This document shows positions 12,701-25,900 of a DNA stretch of 64,000 bases, one piece after another. Each line of letters begins with the position of its first letter. The stretch's first letter is position 1. The notes below the pieces were generated by a model. That model did no database searches. It saw only the letters and a list, made by a program, of their open reading frames with translations, and had not been told where the DNA came from. The stretch is from Paraphysomonas bandaiensis (taxonomy: Eukaryota > Protista > Chrysophyceae). The position numbers and the translations under genes are program-made. The stretch lies in the NCBI GenBank assembly GCA_965644295.1, contig CBFFRP010000255.1, positions 62,001 to 126,000 on the forward strand, read 5' to 3'.

Positions 12701-13966
12701 CTTGTAGAAACGGCTGCTGTTAAGACTGTCTCATCAATCTCTAAAAGTGCACAGATATAATCCACGTGGCGCTTGCAATCCTTTGATAGCACAGCGGCCT
12801 CTTCATTAGTCGTAGTTGACTCCTCAAACGAAAGATTACCAATATGTAGAACTGCAGCAAGTACTCTAAACATAGAGTCCTGCTCATCATTGCGCACGTG
12901 TATTTGGCTCAGCGCCTCCTGTAGACGCTTAAAATTATCACCATCACTCACGTCATCATGACGAAAGTATTCACCACTTCTATTTGTGTAGTAAAAATCC
13001 TCGGGAGCCCGCATTCCTAACTCCAGCAGATGAGTTGGAGAAAGTCCAGAGAAGCACTCGTAGAAAACGTGGTAGTTGCGCTCGCCTTTACTCTGAGAAA
13101 CCACACGTACGGTCTCCAGCAGATAGGTGTGTATCGTCACCCCTTCAATAAATCCATCTGCAGTATAGTTCAGTTCTATGAATTTACCGAATCTGGAGGA
13201 GTTGTTATTCCGAGAAGTTCTCGCGTTCCCGAAAGACTCAGTGATTGGATTGACTGCGTTAATTAGAGACTCAAAGTCCATTGTACCGGAACAATTAAGC
13301 ACATCCGTTGCCACCTTTGACGAAACTGTGGCGAGGTAATGAAGTATAAGTTTGGTGCTCTCAGTCTTACCTACAATTATACGTATAACAGCATGCAAAC
13401 AGAATCGACGTACACTCACCTGACCCGGATTCGCCATTGATCAGAATTGTTTGATTTTCCCGTTTGTCGGGATTGTACTTATCAATGAACATTTTTTGAT
13501 AGGCTCTATCACTGAGTTGATAAATATGTGGTCCCAACTTCATTTTAGGAAACTCTCCCTCTCGGAAGTAAGAGTTCAGATTATCGTGGGAATATATGGG
13601 TAACTTCTCAAAAGGGTTCAATGCCAACAGAATAGTGCCGATGTTGGTGTACATGCACTTCGTCAAGTAACGCTGTCGTACACATTCTATAATTTCAGGT
13701 TCATTTAAATAAGGAAGAAGTGTTAAGTCTTGAACGTGTGTCGTCTGAGGTGCTCTGCGTTTGACATGAGCGAACTCATTACTCTTATCGAGGTATGATG
13801 TGGATATATTCAACATAGAGTCTCCTGATATGATAACAAACGCCCATGTGCCGTTATCAATATACTCCATCGCAGCCACTACTCCAGACTCCCATACAGC
13901 GGGCTGAGAAGAGGTGCAGTACCACACATCTCGATCTTGCCACGACTGACTCTCCAGCGCACTCAT
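9787..13966 (-). CDS. Myosin heavy chain (motor domain, IQ motifs, coiled-coil tail)
   Basis: P-loop GESGS|GKTE split by intron 13371-13419; FGNARTSRNNNSSRFGK, LDIFGFE, NSFEQLCINYANE, HFIRCIKPN; IQ repeats; tail exon 9787-~10808. Confidence 0.95.
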
Positions 13967-14639
13967 ATTAGCTGCTTAACACTGTATCTCTCCTGATAGT
14001 ATCATCGGGGTTTGGGTCGTAGCGTGCGTATCTTTCACTATGAGTTATGGGGGAAGTGGAATGAAGTGAGACTATCTTCACTGAAGAACGATACACGGTA
14101 CTTGTATACCTATTTGCCTGTTACAGACTGTATTACAGCTATATGTACTCTGTAGACTGTAGATATAATCGCTAGACAGCTAGAGAGTATGTACTACTGC
14201 AAACGTAATACTACGAATATTGTACATAGAATTTCGTACTTCGAACCGTAGTACTGCTTGATATCTTCTCCAGTAGATACTCTGTATACCTATATATGGT
14301 ATACCGGCATACTCTGTACACAGTATAATCCACCTCTCGTACGTACTGTGGTTTTTAGTTCCGAAGCAATTCATAAAACCCTTATTTTTAGTAAAAATCT
14401 TTCCTATTCATTCATATCCACAAGAAACTCCAACTCTCTTCTCAGCCTCACATCGTTTTTTGTGCCTAATGTTCGGAAGATACTGACTGTCCAGGATCGA
14501 ACAATCTGGATAGCAGGAGTCTGGTCTCTGGTATACATGCAGCATGTATAGAGGTGCAGTGTGGTACTATACATAATAACCACAGTTCAATATTACCAAT
14601 ATAACGTGCTAGTTGCTTGAATAGACTGAGCTATCAAGT

Positions 14640-17600
14640 ATGGCGGAGCGTGTAGTTTTACCGACATGTGTTACACCCACACACTACAAACTAGAGATCG
14701 AGCCGAACTTCAATCTTCTTACATTTACAGGCGTGGAAGAAATCGATGTCAACGTCACCGGTATGATAGTTTAGCATTAGGAAATGTGTTGTTCTTATTC
14801 CGTGTAAAATACAGAGTCTACCAAAACCATTATGTTACACTCCAAGGAGATCACAGTTAAGGAGGCCAGCTATGTCAACAAGTCCACTGGCAAGGGCCCT
14901 GAGCTCTGTGAAATCTCTTACCACTTGGTTGATACCACACTTACACTCGGATTCGATGATAATATTCCTCTTGGAGAGGGAACGTTGTGTATAAAGTTCG
15001 ATGGTATATTGAACGGGGATATGGCTGGATTTTACAAGTCCGCATATACCGATGCCGATGGCAACAAGCAAATAATGGCATCCACTCAATTCGAGGTTGC
15101 TGAATAAATGTTGCAACCACTATTATAAATGACTTTTTGCAGGCGTTGGATGCACGTCGAGCATTTCCCTGCTGGGATGAGGTGCGCTGACCTAGTACAT
15201 CATTTTTGTTTCACTAATTGCGTGCACAGCCTGCAATCAAGGCCACTTTTGCTGTAACATTAGTGGTTCCGTCAAACCTTACAGCCGTATCCAATATGCC
15301 CGAAATATCTACTTGCCACCTTTCAGATGGAAAGAAGCGTGTGATCTTTGATACCTCCCCTAAGATGTCTACCTATCTGCTAGCCTGGGCAATCGGTCAA
15401 TTCGACTATGTGCAGGGAAAAACAAAAAATGGTGTCACCATCCGTGTATTTTCTCCCCCGGGTAGAGCACAGCATGGAATGTTTGCGCTTGATACTGGTA
15501 AGAGGGCACTTGATTTCTATGACGACTTCTTTCAAGTGCCCTATCCTCTCCCGAAACTGGATATGATTTGCTGCACAGAATTCGCGATGGTATGTGGCGT
15601 ATAGTGATGAGAACACTTTTTAACGTCTTTGTATGTGTAGGGTGCTATGGAGAACTGGTGGGTATATGTTTGACCAATAGTATATCTATAAGCTTACAAT
15701 CTAATATATTTTGCTGTGCAGGGGTTTAGTGACCTACCGTGAGGTCGACCTCATGATTGACGAGGAGAAGGCTTCTTCCAAGCAGCGACAAAGGGTCGCC
15801 ATTGTTGTCACTCATGAGCTAGCACATCAGTGGTTCGGCAACTTGGTGACGATGCAGTGGTGGAATGACTTGTGGTTGAACGAGGGATTTGCTTGTTACA
15901 TGGAGCATTTCTCTACTGATGCACTTTTCCCTGACTATCGTATATGGGAGCAATATACTACTGGTGCGATGGCTGCTGCACTTCGACTGGACTCCCTGAA
16001 GTCATCTCACCCCATCCAGGTGCCAATTGTACGAGCAGAGGAGGTGGAACAGGTGTTTGACGCAATTAGCTACTGCAAGGGATCAACTGTTGTTCGTATG
16101 GTTGCAGCTATACTTGGACCAGAGAAATTCCGCCAAGGTCTTCAGCAGTACATGCAGAAGTACCAGTACGGGAATACAGTCACACATGACTTGTGGTCCT
16201 CGTGGGCGGAGGTGTCTGGTATTGATATTCCAGCTATTATGAACACCTGGACGGAGCAAATGGGACATCCCTCTTTGAGGGTGTTGTCAGAGGAATGGAC
16301 CGCTAGCAGCCTCACTATTGAACTCGAACAGAATTGGTTTCTAGCTGATGGAAGCTCCTCTGACTCAGACGCGGACAAAATATGGACCATTCCCCTTACG
16401 TTTGCTACTTCAAAGTGTGTGTCAGAGGCTGCAGTTCTAATGACACAGAAACGCCAAACATTTTGTATCCCACTTGCTGGAGAAGGTGACTGGGTGAAGC
16501 TTAATGCCGGACAGCAAGCCCTAGTAAGAGTCGCCCATACTCCTGCCATGATTGATCGCCTTCTGGAGCCAATCCGCTCCAAAACGCTTTCCCCCATTGA
16601 CAGGGCATCTTTGTTACTTGACGCTTACGCCCTTGCCAAGGCTGGCAGCGCTCCAGTTGAAGGGATTGTGCGCTTGTTGCGTGCCTTTGAACACGAGGAC
16701 AACTTCACCGTATGGAGTGCTATTCAGGGTGTCCTGCTCGGTCTCCACGCCATGATGGAGCAGGTTGGCGGGGATGCCTACCTATCGTACTGCAGTTTTG
16801 GTACCAGAATTGTGAAGAACGCCTTATCTGTTCTTGGATGGGAACATCTTCCGACTGATGACCACTCAGATAAGCTCTTGCGCACCACTGTGATCAGCCT
16901 GTTGGATGTTTTTGGTGCCAACGACGAAGAAATTATTGCAGAAGCTCGTCTGCGTTTCAATAAGCACTGGGAGGACCCATCCGCCTTGCATTCTGATTTT
17001 AAGGTAACTGGTGTTAAGCAGTCGGGCATCTTCATGAATACTTTTTGTAGGCAACTGTCTACAAAATTGTCCTTCGGGCCGGTGGAAAGGAGGAATACGA
17101 GAGGGTTCTGAAATCTTTCTACGACACAGGTATATTCTTTTAGTGAGTATGCTTAAGTAAAGTAAATATGTTCCTCAGATGATAATTCGGAGAAGAAATA
17201 TGCGATGTACAGTCTAGGTAGCACTTCTGACCTCAAGCTCAAACAACGCACGTTGGACTGGGCTGTGAAGAGTGGTGATGTCAAGTTACAAGACTTCTTC
17301 TACCCAATCGGCCCCGTCGGAAGCAGGTAATCAGGTCCTAATTGGCGCGTGTTTTTTGTTTTTAACTTTGGCTCACAGCCTGGCTGGTGCTGAGTTGGCT
17401 TGGTCGTATTTCAAAGAGGTATGTACGAAGATGTGGTATTCTAGCATTTGTAATATTCAATGCATAGAATGTGGAGTTCATAAAGGAAAAGCTTGCAAAG
17501 GCATCACCGTCCCTGATGGACGCTGTCATCGTTAACTGCATTGGTGGATTCAGTACGCTTGAGCAGGCCGAGGAGGTTGAGAGCTATTTTAAGGCTCACC

Positions 17601-17716
17601 CGTTCCCGAAGTCCGAAAGGCGCATTGGACAGGCTGTTGAGTCAATTCGGAATAGCGGGTCTATGCTGCTTAAAGTCAAGGCTTCTGATCTTGTAAAAGC
17701 CAGCTTCTGGGAGTAA
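14640..17716 (+). CDS. Puromycin-sensitive M1 aminopeptidase
   Basis: Multi-exon gene: STQFE|ALDARRAFPCWDE|P, GAMENW, zinc motif HELAHQWFGNLVT...WLNEGF, FDAISYCKG; ERAP1-like C-terminal domain. Confidence 0.95.
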
Positions 17717-18037
17717 TTTTTATTGACTACCATTGCTTTCAGTATTCTCCACATTGGAGATTTTAGTGCCATCTATTTTGTAGTGGCGACGACATAGTCT
17801 AAGTAATAATTCTTTGTCGTTTAAAATGTACGTTTTTTTGTATTATCGAGGAGTGTTCATGCCATTTGCGAGACAATAGTACGGTAATACGCTACAGTAG
17901 ATAGTAGATGGCAATGGTTTAGCGTACTAATTATGACATAATAACTTAATATACCTTTTCATAACTCGTCAGAAAAATAAGGCTGTCTCAAGCATACACT
18001 ATTCAAGAAAAATAGTCCCAATGTTAATGATTAAAAT

Positions 18038-18225
18038 TTTGAGAATGGAATAGCAAATATCCAAGCAGACGAGGATATTAATTTGAAATATGTGAGAAAA
18101 ATGATCGACACTAGACACTAGCATATATTAATAATTAATATCACTTTGCGCATATTTAATTTAGTTTTGTTCGATTGTGGTAATGACGATGTCACCGACA
18201 ACGGCTCAGAAGTTGAGTATAAAAA
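18038..18225 (+). pseudogene. hAT-like transposase relic
   Basis: Fragments FENGIANIQ and IFNLVLFDCGNDDVTDNGSEVEY; the latter is similar to the C-terminus of the relic at 20988-21335. Confidence 0.45.
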
Positions 18226-18642
18226 CCAGGGATTTATTTCTGAACCTAGTCTATTTGGTGTAATTTCCTAGTCACACCAGAAATAGCGTAAAAACTTAAT
18301 GGTTGTTGAAATTCTATTCATATTTTGAGTTTACAATGACTAGGATGATTAGGTGTTTATGCTATTTGCCTAGCCATCAATTAATGAATGTAGATATTGA
18401 ATTAATTTTTTGCTTTGACTAGGTTCTTACACCAGAATTAGTGTTACTAAGTAATTTAATCAGTTTGACTAGATTAAAAAATATTTCCAATGAGAAATAT
18501 CGTGATTAGCTCTGCGGTAGGTATTAGTTGGATGTCAGATAAGTGGATTTGATTATCATGTGATCTCAATGGCTTGTATTAAAACTGGAATATATGATGA
18601 TGATATTAACGTATTGCAATGTATGGTAATACTATTGTTGGG

Positions 18643-18781
18643 CCCTCAAGAAAGTTGGACTCGCACATTTTCGTGGTATTCTGGGGATAAGTACCGGAGA
18701 TATTTCTCCGGGAAACTAACGTGAGCCGCATATATAGCCAGCAGATATTGTTCTGCCCACTCATAGCCTAATGCTAGTGTG
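18643..18781 (+). mobile_element. SINE-like element, copy D (head-only fragment containing the ribozyme region 18643-18729)
   Basis: CCCTCAAGAAAGTTGGACTCGCAC...CCGGAGATATTTCTCCGGGAAACTAACGTGAGCCGC. Confidence 0.85.
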
Positions 18782-19209
18782 CTTCAATCATACAATGGAC
18801 TGGTTGAGTGCAGCTCCCTCGCCTATGATTGGACTGAACTCGAATTGCTGTATATGGCTGTATATGGCTGTATATAGCTGTATTCGGTATTCACAAGATG
18901 AGCAATGTACTGCTGCTGGTGGTGTACATTGTATACGCAGTATATACCGCCGTATAAGACATGCCATCAATGCCTGTCGCTGTGTTTTTGTATGTTGCAC
19001 AGGCTGCTGCTGTATGTGAGAGGGCGGCATGGTGGAGGTACATGACGCATGATGTATGTGTGTATGTATTCTAGGCTGGGCAATGCGTGTGTGTGTTGTG
19101 TTGCATGATGCTGTTCATTGTCTGTTATTTAGAGGAGATAAATAGAACTAAACCGCACCGCTAATTGCAACGCTGACGACATCTGTCCAATTAAACCTAC
19201 TGCACTAAT

Positions 19210-19584
19210 ATGATTACAAGAGGATTATTGCGCCGGGGTTTATTGAAGAGTGGTTCGAGAGCTCTCAAGGGAGGTGATGGACCCCGCATGCTTCCCTTTG
19301 CTCGTCTAGCTCCTCCCACAGAAAAATTACCCGAGCATGCTGATCTTATTTGGGATGATGGTGTAGCCCCTGAGGCTGCTGTGGACATTGAAGTCCCTCA
19401 TATTCCTCTTGGAACTATCATTCTTCATCAGTTGACAGCTGCGGCTTTACTTCTCGGACTCTATGGGCTCTGTGTTTTGATCGATCCCGCCAACCTCCAG
19501 CCGGTTGCTCCCCGAAAACTTGCTCTTCCAACGAGGGAAGAGATGGAGTTTGATGATGATCATGGGCGTGCTGTTATTCGCTAG
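19210..19584 (+). CDS. NDUFB8: NADH:ubiquinone oxidoreductase subunit NDUFB8/ASHI (plant/protist type)
   Basis: Arg-rich mitochondrial presequence, LPEHADLIWDDGVAPEAAVD (cf. plant ELMWDNGTAFPEPCID), one transmembrane helix, then PVAPR. Confidence 0.75.
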   Translation: MITRGLLRRGLLKSGSRALKGGDGPRMLPFARLAPPTEKLPEHADLIWDDGVAPEAAVDIEVPHIPLGTIILHQLTAAALLLGLYGLCVLIDPANLQPVAPRKLALPTREEMEFDDDHGRAVIR

Positions 19585-19928
19585 AGTATAGATGTATTTA
19601 CGGTGTAATGGCAGAAAGGCACATGAAAATTAATATTTACCAGTAAAAGTTGTAGGAAATTCTCGAGTATTCTAATAAACGCCCATATGTGAAGTTCGTC
19701 TTCATTATGTTATTTCCGATATGCGTCACAGAACGTTCGTCGTATGATGTCGAACGTGACAATTTGCAATGCATAAAGATAGAAGTACTAAACAAAATGC
19801 ATTGTGAGAGCTCCAACAGAACTGATTATTTAAGTTTTAGATTGCGTGATAAGTATCACATATAGGGTGGAGGAACAATATATTATATTGTAATAGTATT
19901 CAGGGATAGGGAAAAATATATTGCAATA

Positions 19929-20777
19929 TTGAATGTCTGATTATTTAGCAATAGGCGTTGAAAGCCTGCACCAATTAGTGGCTAGAAGAATGCTAGTCAT
20001 ACTAGTTAGACTACTACCCGTAACTAATCAATACAAACTCTTTTATCCTACTATTTAACGCTACAGAAGCTGCTTGTGCGTCGCCGCAAGCACCAAGGTG
20101 CAACCACTTCCGTTCTTAGTGTGTATTATGAGGCTCGCCATGATCGTGTGTCCTGTGACTCACCGGCGCGTGTGATCTGGAGGTCTCCTCTTGGGATGAG
20201 ACTCCACTCGCTATATGATAGATAGCCTTTTGTACCTCACGGGGACTGACTTATTAGCCTTATGGCAGTTAGGGGAAACAGTAATATGCCCTTCTGAGAT
20301 TGGCGATCTGGTGGCCTTCCTTTAGGCATTGTTCCAAGTGGCTCGGAGGTATGTGGATGAAGGTCTTGCAAAAGGTTATGGCCTGCTGTGAAGAAGCGTC
20401 GAAATCGGCTCTTTTGCTGTCTTAGCCAGCGGTAGAGAACACATGCAAGAGGGTGTATAGCTGTACAGGGGTGGGATGTGAGGGTCATCCGGTGTGTCCA
20501 GCTACAGGGAGTCGAGAGGGAGTGTGATGGTGCAAGAGAGGCAACATCTGATTGAGGAGAGGGGGACTGCGCAACAGAACAAGAGTCACTGAGGTCGAGT
20601 ACTCTAATAGACCTATGCACGAGATGATCGTGATGATGATGGTGGTCTGGAGGAGACACTCGGACGTCCTCAGCTGCCCTTTTTAGTGTCTGTGTTGGTG
20701 CAGGGGGGTACAGACTGAGGCATAGAGAGTGTGTGTAAGGAAGATGACGGCAAGGTATCAGAGACGAAGGGAGGGGA
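19929..20777 (-). mobile_element. 5'-truncated non-LTR retroelement (copy E): ORF C-terminus plus the SINE-family 3' end; candidate partner LINE fragment
   Basis: Flanked by a perfect 59-bp direct repeat (19870-19928 and 20778-20836). 19930-~20119 matches the SINE 3' end. The minus frame is open from 20776 to the stop at 20237 and includes KGRPPD. Confidence 0.65.
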
Positions 20778-20987
20778 GAGGAACAATATATTATATTGTA
20801 ATAGTATTCAGGGATAGGGAAAAATATATTGCAATACTATTGTTAGATAGCGTTCCATCAATAGTATTGATGGTGTTTTTAAATCGGCCCTACAATACTA
20901 TTGCAATATATTGTACATATAATAATACATATATATATATCAGTAAGTAAACACATCCGTAGTTTTTAGTACTTGTCATTATAAGGT

Positions 20988-21335
20988 CTAACGTCGCTTG
21001 ATAATCAGACCCGCTACTCTTAACTGATTAAAAGTTTCCTCATACTCATCCTGTGAGCCATCATCAGTAACATCATCATCACCATATTCATCCAATATTA
21101 ATTGAAATATGCATGCATCCAGCCACAAGTGTCGGTTAGCTTTCAGAAACAACAGCATATTAAGTGTAGTAGAATGCATACTGTTTTGCTGCGCTGAACA
21201 GTCATACTACATGACTCGTGCACCTGTACTTAGATATTTCAAATTTCCGTTTCTTAAATGTTTGAGCTGATTGAAGAATATTCTCCACATATCCAACTTC
21301 AGCTTCATCATCCTCTGTATTGTTGCTATAATCAC
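20988..21335 (-). pseudogene. hAT transposase C-terminal dimerisation-domain relic
   Basis: SKYRCTSHV*LFSAAK...SMHSTTLNMLLFLKANRHLW corresponds to the hAT C-terminal pattern (TS..VERLFS.A...R.SM....E.LLFLK.N) with deletions and a stop. Imperfect TIR-like ends at ~19863 (TAGGGTGGAGGAACAATAT) and ~21579 (reverse complement CAGTGTTATGGAAGAATAT). Confidence 0.6.
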
Positions 21336-21675
21336 TGTCTGAACGGAGGTTTATATACATGGACTTATATTTTTTACCCTACAGTTAAGAATCTTTCTGT
21401 GTATATGACTATCATTATATTGATTGCAACTTAACAGAAACAATATTGACGGAATATTTGACCAGTCTACCAACCAATATAATTTACAATATATTGTTCT
21501 CTATCTCTGATAGTATTGTAAGTATAAGGTAGTGCCCCGTCGATAATATTGGAATATAAAATATTCTTCCATAACACTGTTATAAAATTGAGCAAAACTT
21601 AAATATACAATGAGAAGTTGTTTTAATGAAACCTTAATGCTACTTTAACTGCAGTTGTTATTTTGTCTGCACAAG

Positions 21676-22311
21676 TGAATGCTATATTTTATTAGAAATA
21701 GGCGTTAAAGAGTCAATGCTTAATCTGATATCCTACTATTTAACGCTACAAAAGTGCTCGCAGCGATGCACAAGCAGTCCCGAGACGGTTGCCCGCCACT
21801 AGTAGTATATAGCAAGTCCAGTTTTTAGTCAGTCTATAGATGTAAAACTAGTTTCTGTACACAACCGTTCTCATGTAATAATCAGACTTTCTTATATAAC
21901 AACGCTACAAAAGTTGCTTGTGAGTCTTCACAAGCATCAAGATGCAACCACTTTCGCACTATATCACTCAAAGCAAAAACGCAGTGAGCAAGTAGAATGT
22001 TGCATATACCCGACATCTGCTGACTTCAGGATTTTGAATCCTTAAGAGGTGAACAGCCCGGATGCTTTACTTCAGCAGGCAGCCCATTACCACGGAAGCT
22101 TGTTTATTTGTCAAGTACGAAAGACGTCTACATAAGTAACACCTATTAGTTATTAGTGTCCCTTGTCTCACACAAGCATTTGGCTATGAGTGGGCACAAA
22201 ATTATCTGATTATATATTATATATGCGGTTCAATTTATTTTCCCGGATAAATATCTCCGTACTTATCCCCCAGAACACGACGAAAGTATGTGAGTCCGAC
22301 ACTGTTGAAGG
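21676..22311 (-). mobile_element. SINE-like element, copy F (long subfamily, composite with a duplicated 3' segment)
   Basis: Head CCTTCAACAGTGTCGGACTC at 22311; two AACGCTACAAAAG segments; 3' end at 21676. Confidence 0.8.
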
Positions 22312-22969
22312 CTTTTTCTGCCCTACTGAATAATATCTTGTCTCTGTAAACCTCCCTCTTTTCACAATATAAATATATAATATATGAAAAAGTCCCACTT
22401 ACAATTGTCACAGTTGCAAAAGTATTGATGAATAGTTTAGATATAATATTTTGACTAGTCTCTGTCGGTCAAATTACCAAGCTATCTGCCATTCGTTTAG
22501 AGTTGAATATACGGCTCGAAAGCTAATAGAGAAATGTAGTTCAGAGCGCAGGGCTGGGAAACAATAACTTGCACTTTTCAATAAAAACGATGAGCCAGAA
22601 TAAATTTAAGCGTATTAAAATAAGATTCAAATTGCGAAATATCTTACTTACTGAAGCAATTTAAAATTCTAGTCCAAACAACCGTCAATATTCTTATTAT
22701 TTTTTCTGTGAATGAGGCTGCTTCCTATTCATTGATATTACAAGTTTTATTCACTGTCAACTTTTTTTGTACTGCTACCCTTGCATAGACTTTAATATAT
22801 AAGGATTTCAATTATTATGGAATAGACTAATTGCTAACAGTTCATAATTACACGGTTTTATCGACCATTACAAGAAGAAATAAGCGCACACAGATACATA
22901 TACAAATATTTATTCAAATAGAAACGAAGATATCTTGCACCAGCGACTCCAGGTCATTTATGCATTAGT

Positions 22970-25900
22970 TTACTTTCCCGTCGGATGGCACCTCGCATAG
23001 TAGTTTTTCTTCTGCTTTTAGGCTTTTCAGGAGACACAATATCATTCAATGGTCCCAGGACTCCTATAGCATGTCGCGCCTGCCTAACCACTTCCATATT
23101 CTCTGCGTGTGTCTCTAGCGCAATACTGCAAACCTACAAGGTGTCAAAATAACACATTATATTTGCTGCACATATACCTCCATAATCCCGCACTTTCTTA
23201 TTTTAAGTCTGATATCATCACCAGCCAATGCAAGGTTGCTAATTGCCCAGCAACCGAACTGTTGCACTCCCGCGTCATTCCTACAGAGCGGTTACACGGA
23301 CGGATAACGATAAAACAGCCTACTCACTTGTGAAGTACCATAGCAGTCATAATTTTTTCATCTCCTCCTTGTGATACTATTTCTCTGGATACTCCATCTG
23401 AACCAGCTAATGTAAGTATTGCCCAGCATGCTTGTCTTTGAATCTTTGCCGATGTCGTGCGATGAGCTGCCATGGCCACCAAAAGAGCATCCACACCACC
23501 AGCCTCTTGAAATCTGTGACGTCTAAAATTAAACAGCAACACAAGGAGCAATACCATACCGTCCCCGATTATCAGCGCTATTATGGGCCAGGTTAGTTAG
23601 TGCAGTACATGCATGTAGAATAACATTCTCATCATCAGTATGAGTTTCCAATGATATCACAATTCTCCGCATTGCACCTTTTTCTCCACAATGTCTCCGA
23701 ACAACATCATTACCAAACACTAATGCTGCTAAGGCGCGAAGACATTGTCCTTGTACGGTGCTCGATTCAGGAAAAGCAGCTAGACCGGCAATCAATATTT
23801 CTTCACATTTGTGTTCAACACACTGCTTGCGAACTACATCGTCTTTTACAAACAAGTCTCTCACAGCTCGGGCGCCACGCCACGTCGTATGCTCACACTA
23901 CCATAAAATTAGTATATTAACTATTTATGAACAGCAACAAATACTCTTATTTACATCGAGATTTTCCCACATGACTCTTATTATATTAGCAACTCCACCG
24001 TGCTCCCTTGCCTGCAAAATCCTCAATTTCGCCGCCGAATCCATTTCCCTGGGACAAACATATCATTAATGGAATCAGATCAATGCGAAGTAAAACCTCT
24101 TGCGTTCCATTTCGTCTTGATCGTGACCAAGAGATTGGGCGCGCTGTAGCTTTTCTAAGTTTTCTTTTGTTTTTTTGGCTGTTCTAATTAAGTCTGTAAC
24201 ATTCCCACCTCCAAATGTATGGAACCTCGAAACAGAATCAGTACTCAATGCATCATTCTCTGCAGTCCCGACGTCGCCTTCTTTAACTTTTCGAAGCCTT
24301 GTATTGATAGAGTACCTTCGCAATTGTTCCCTATCATGCAGTATTCGCTGTCTAGTATCGCTACTCTGGTCAATCGGTATAGGGGCCCCACTGTCAAATG
24401 CATCAGTTTCCTCACCACCAAAATCGTCGTCGTCAGCATACTCGTTATCTTCCTCAGCGTCCATGCCACATACACGGGGGCTTTGAATAGTAGATAAAGC
24501 TGCAGAACCAGCAACAGACCCTCCGGTGTCTTTGCTTTCATTCGCGGTGACTTCCACATCACCCACCCTGACCTTCTGTTTCAATTCCGCATACAGCTGC
24601 TCCGCTCTCCGCCGAGAAATCTTTGATGCCTCGACCGACTCTTTCGCATCGTGAAGTTCGTTTCGTATTGTCTCTGTGATGGATATCAGGTTCTTCTTGT
24701 CGGACTCCAAGCGTTCGATCTGGAACGAGCAAGAACTAAGTTGCTTATTAAGTGTCTCAATGTTGCTTTCCATACGAGATACATCGTCTTTCAATTTGTC
24801 ACAAGTTCCCTGTAAAGAATTACGCTCCTCCGAGACAGTACTTAACTCTTCCGTCATTGATCGCAGTTTCTCGCGCAGTTCTTCGATAGTGACTTCCTGC
24901 TCATGTTTGACAGATCTAAGAGCATCGTTTTCGTCCGATTTGGTGCGGATATCATCCTCCAAGTCCTGAAATCGTGCTCGAATCTCGTCTGGTAGTGGCA
25001 ATGAGTCATACATATTTAGGCGACGAGTAAGTCTGTCGATCTCTTCTTTGGTTCGAAGTTCTTTTTCTACAAGTTCGGCGCATGTGACTCGCAGTCGAGT
25101 ACAACGTTCCGTTTCCATCATCACCATTTCCTTTTCCTGTTTCCATCGAACTAGAGTTTGTTCTAGCCGCATTTCGAGCTCCCGACTCTGGTCTACCTGC
25201 ATTTCCAATTGAAACTTCAAGTTGTTCTCATTACTCTTTGACGTTGTCTCCTCATGTTTCGCTTCACGAAATTCCTCCATAACCTGATTGTTTTTTTCCT
25301 TCAGAGACTCCAACGCTACTTTGACTTCCTGTAACTCTTCTTCTGCTCGTTTTTCTCGAGCTCTGGTCTCCTCAAGTACTTGCTGCACAGTTTCTTTCTC
25401 TTGAAGAAGGGACTGAATACGCTGCTCTTTTTGCCCGCCTCGTTCCTCCCACTCACGTAATTGACCACGCAGCTCTTCACATTCGTGTACTCTAGCAGCT
25501 GCCTCTTCCTCAGCAGCGGCGACGCGAGCATTCGCATCATCCAATTTCCGCAAAATCCCGTCCACACGACCGGCCTCGTCACGCCATCTTTGTTCCTCCA
25601 CTGCCAATCGTCTGGAAGTCTGCTCTAATGCAAGTCGGATATCTCCTGCCCTCTCCTCCAATGACTCGTCTAACCACCGACGAGCCATTACGCCAATATC
25701 ACACTGAGGTGGAAGGCGTCGTGAAGGTGGATAGTACCGGTCGTTACTGATAACATCTTTCAGAGACAAACACACCGCAGATGCACTTGGACGCTCATTA
25801 GGTTGGTAGCTAATAGTTGTGCGCAGCAAGTTGTCAAGTGGCTCGCACCTCTGAATTGCAAGGCGCTGTTGATCTTCCCGTCTATCTATACGAGGGTACT

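Noticed and set aside
14640-17716. Introner-like or non-canonical introns
   Set aside because: The introns examined are GT-AG, short and mutually dissimilar; no evidence of a repeated intron family or an altered genetic code.
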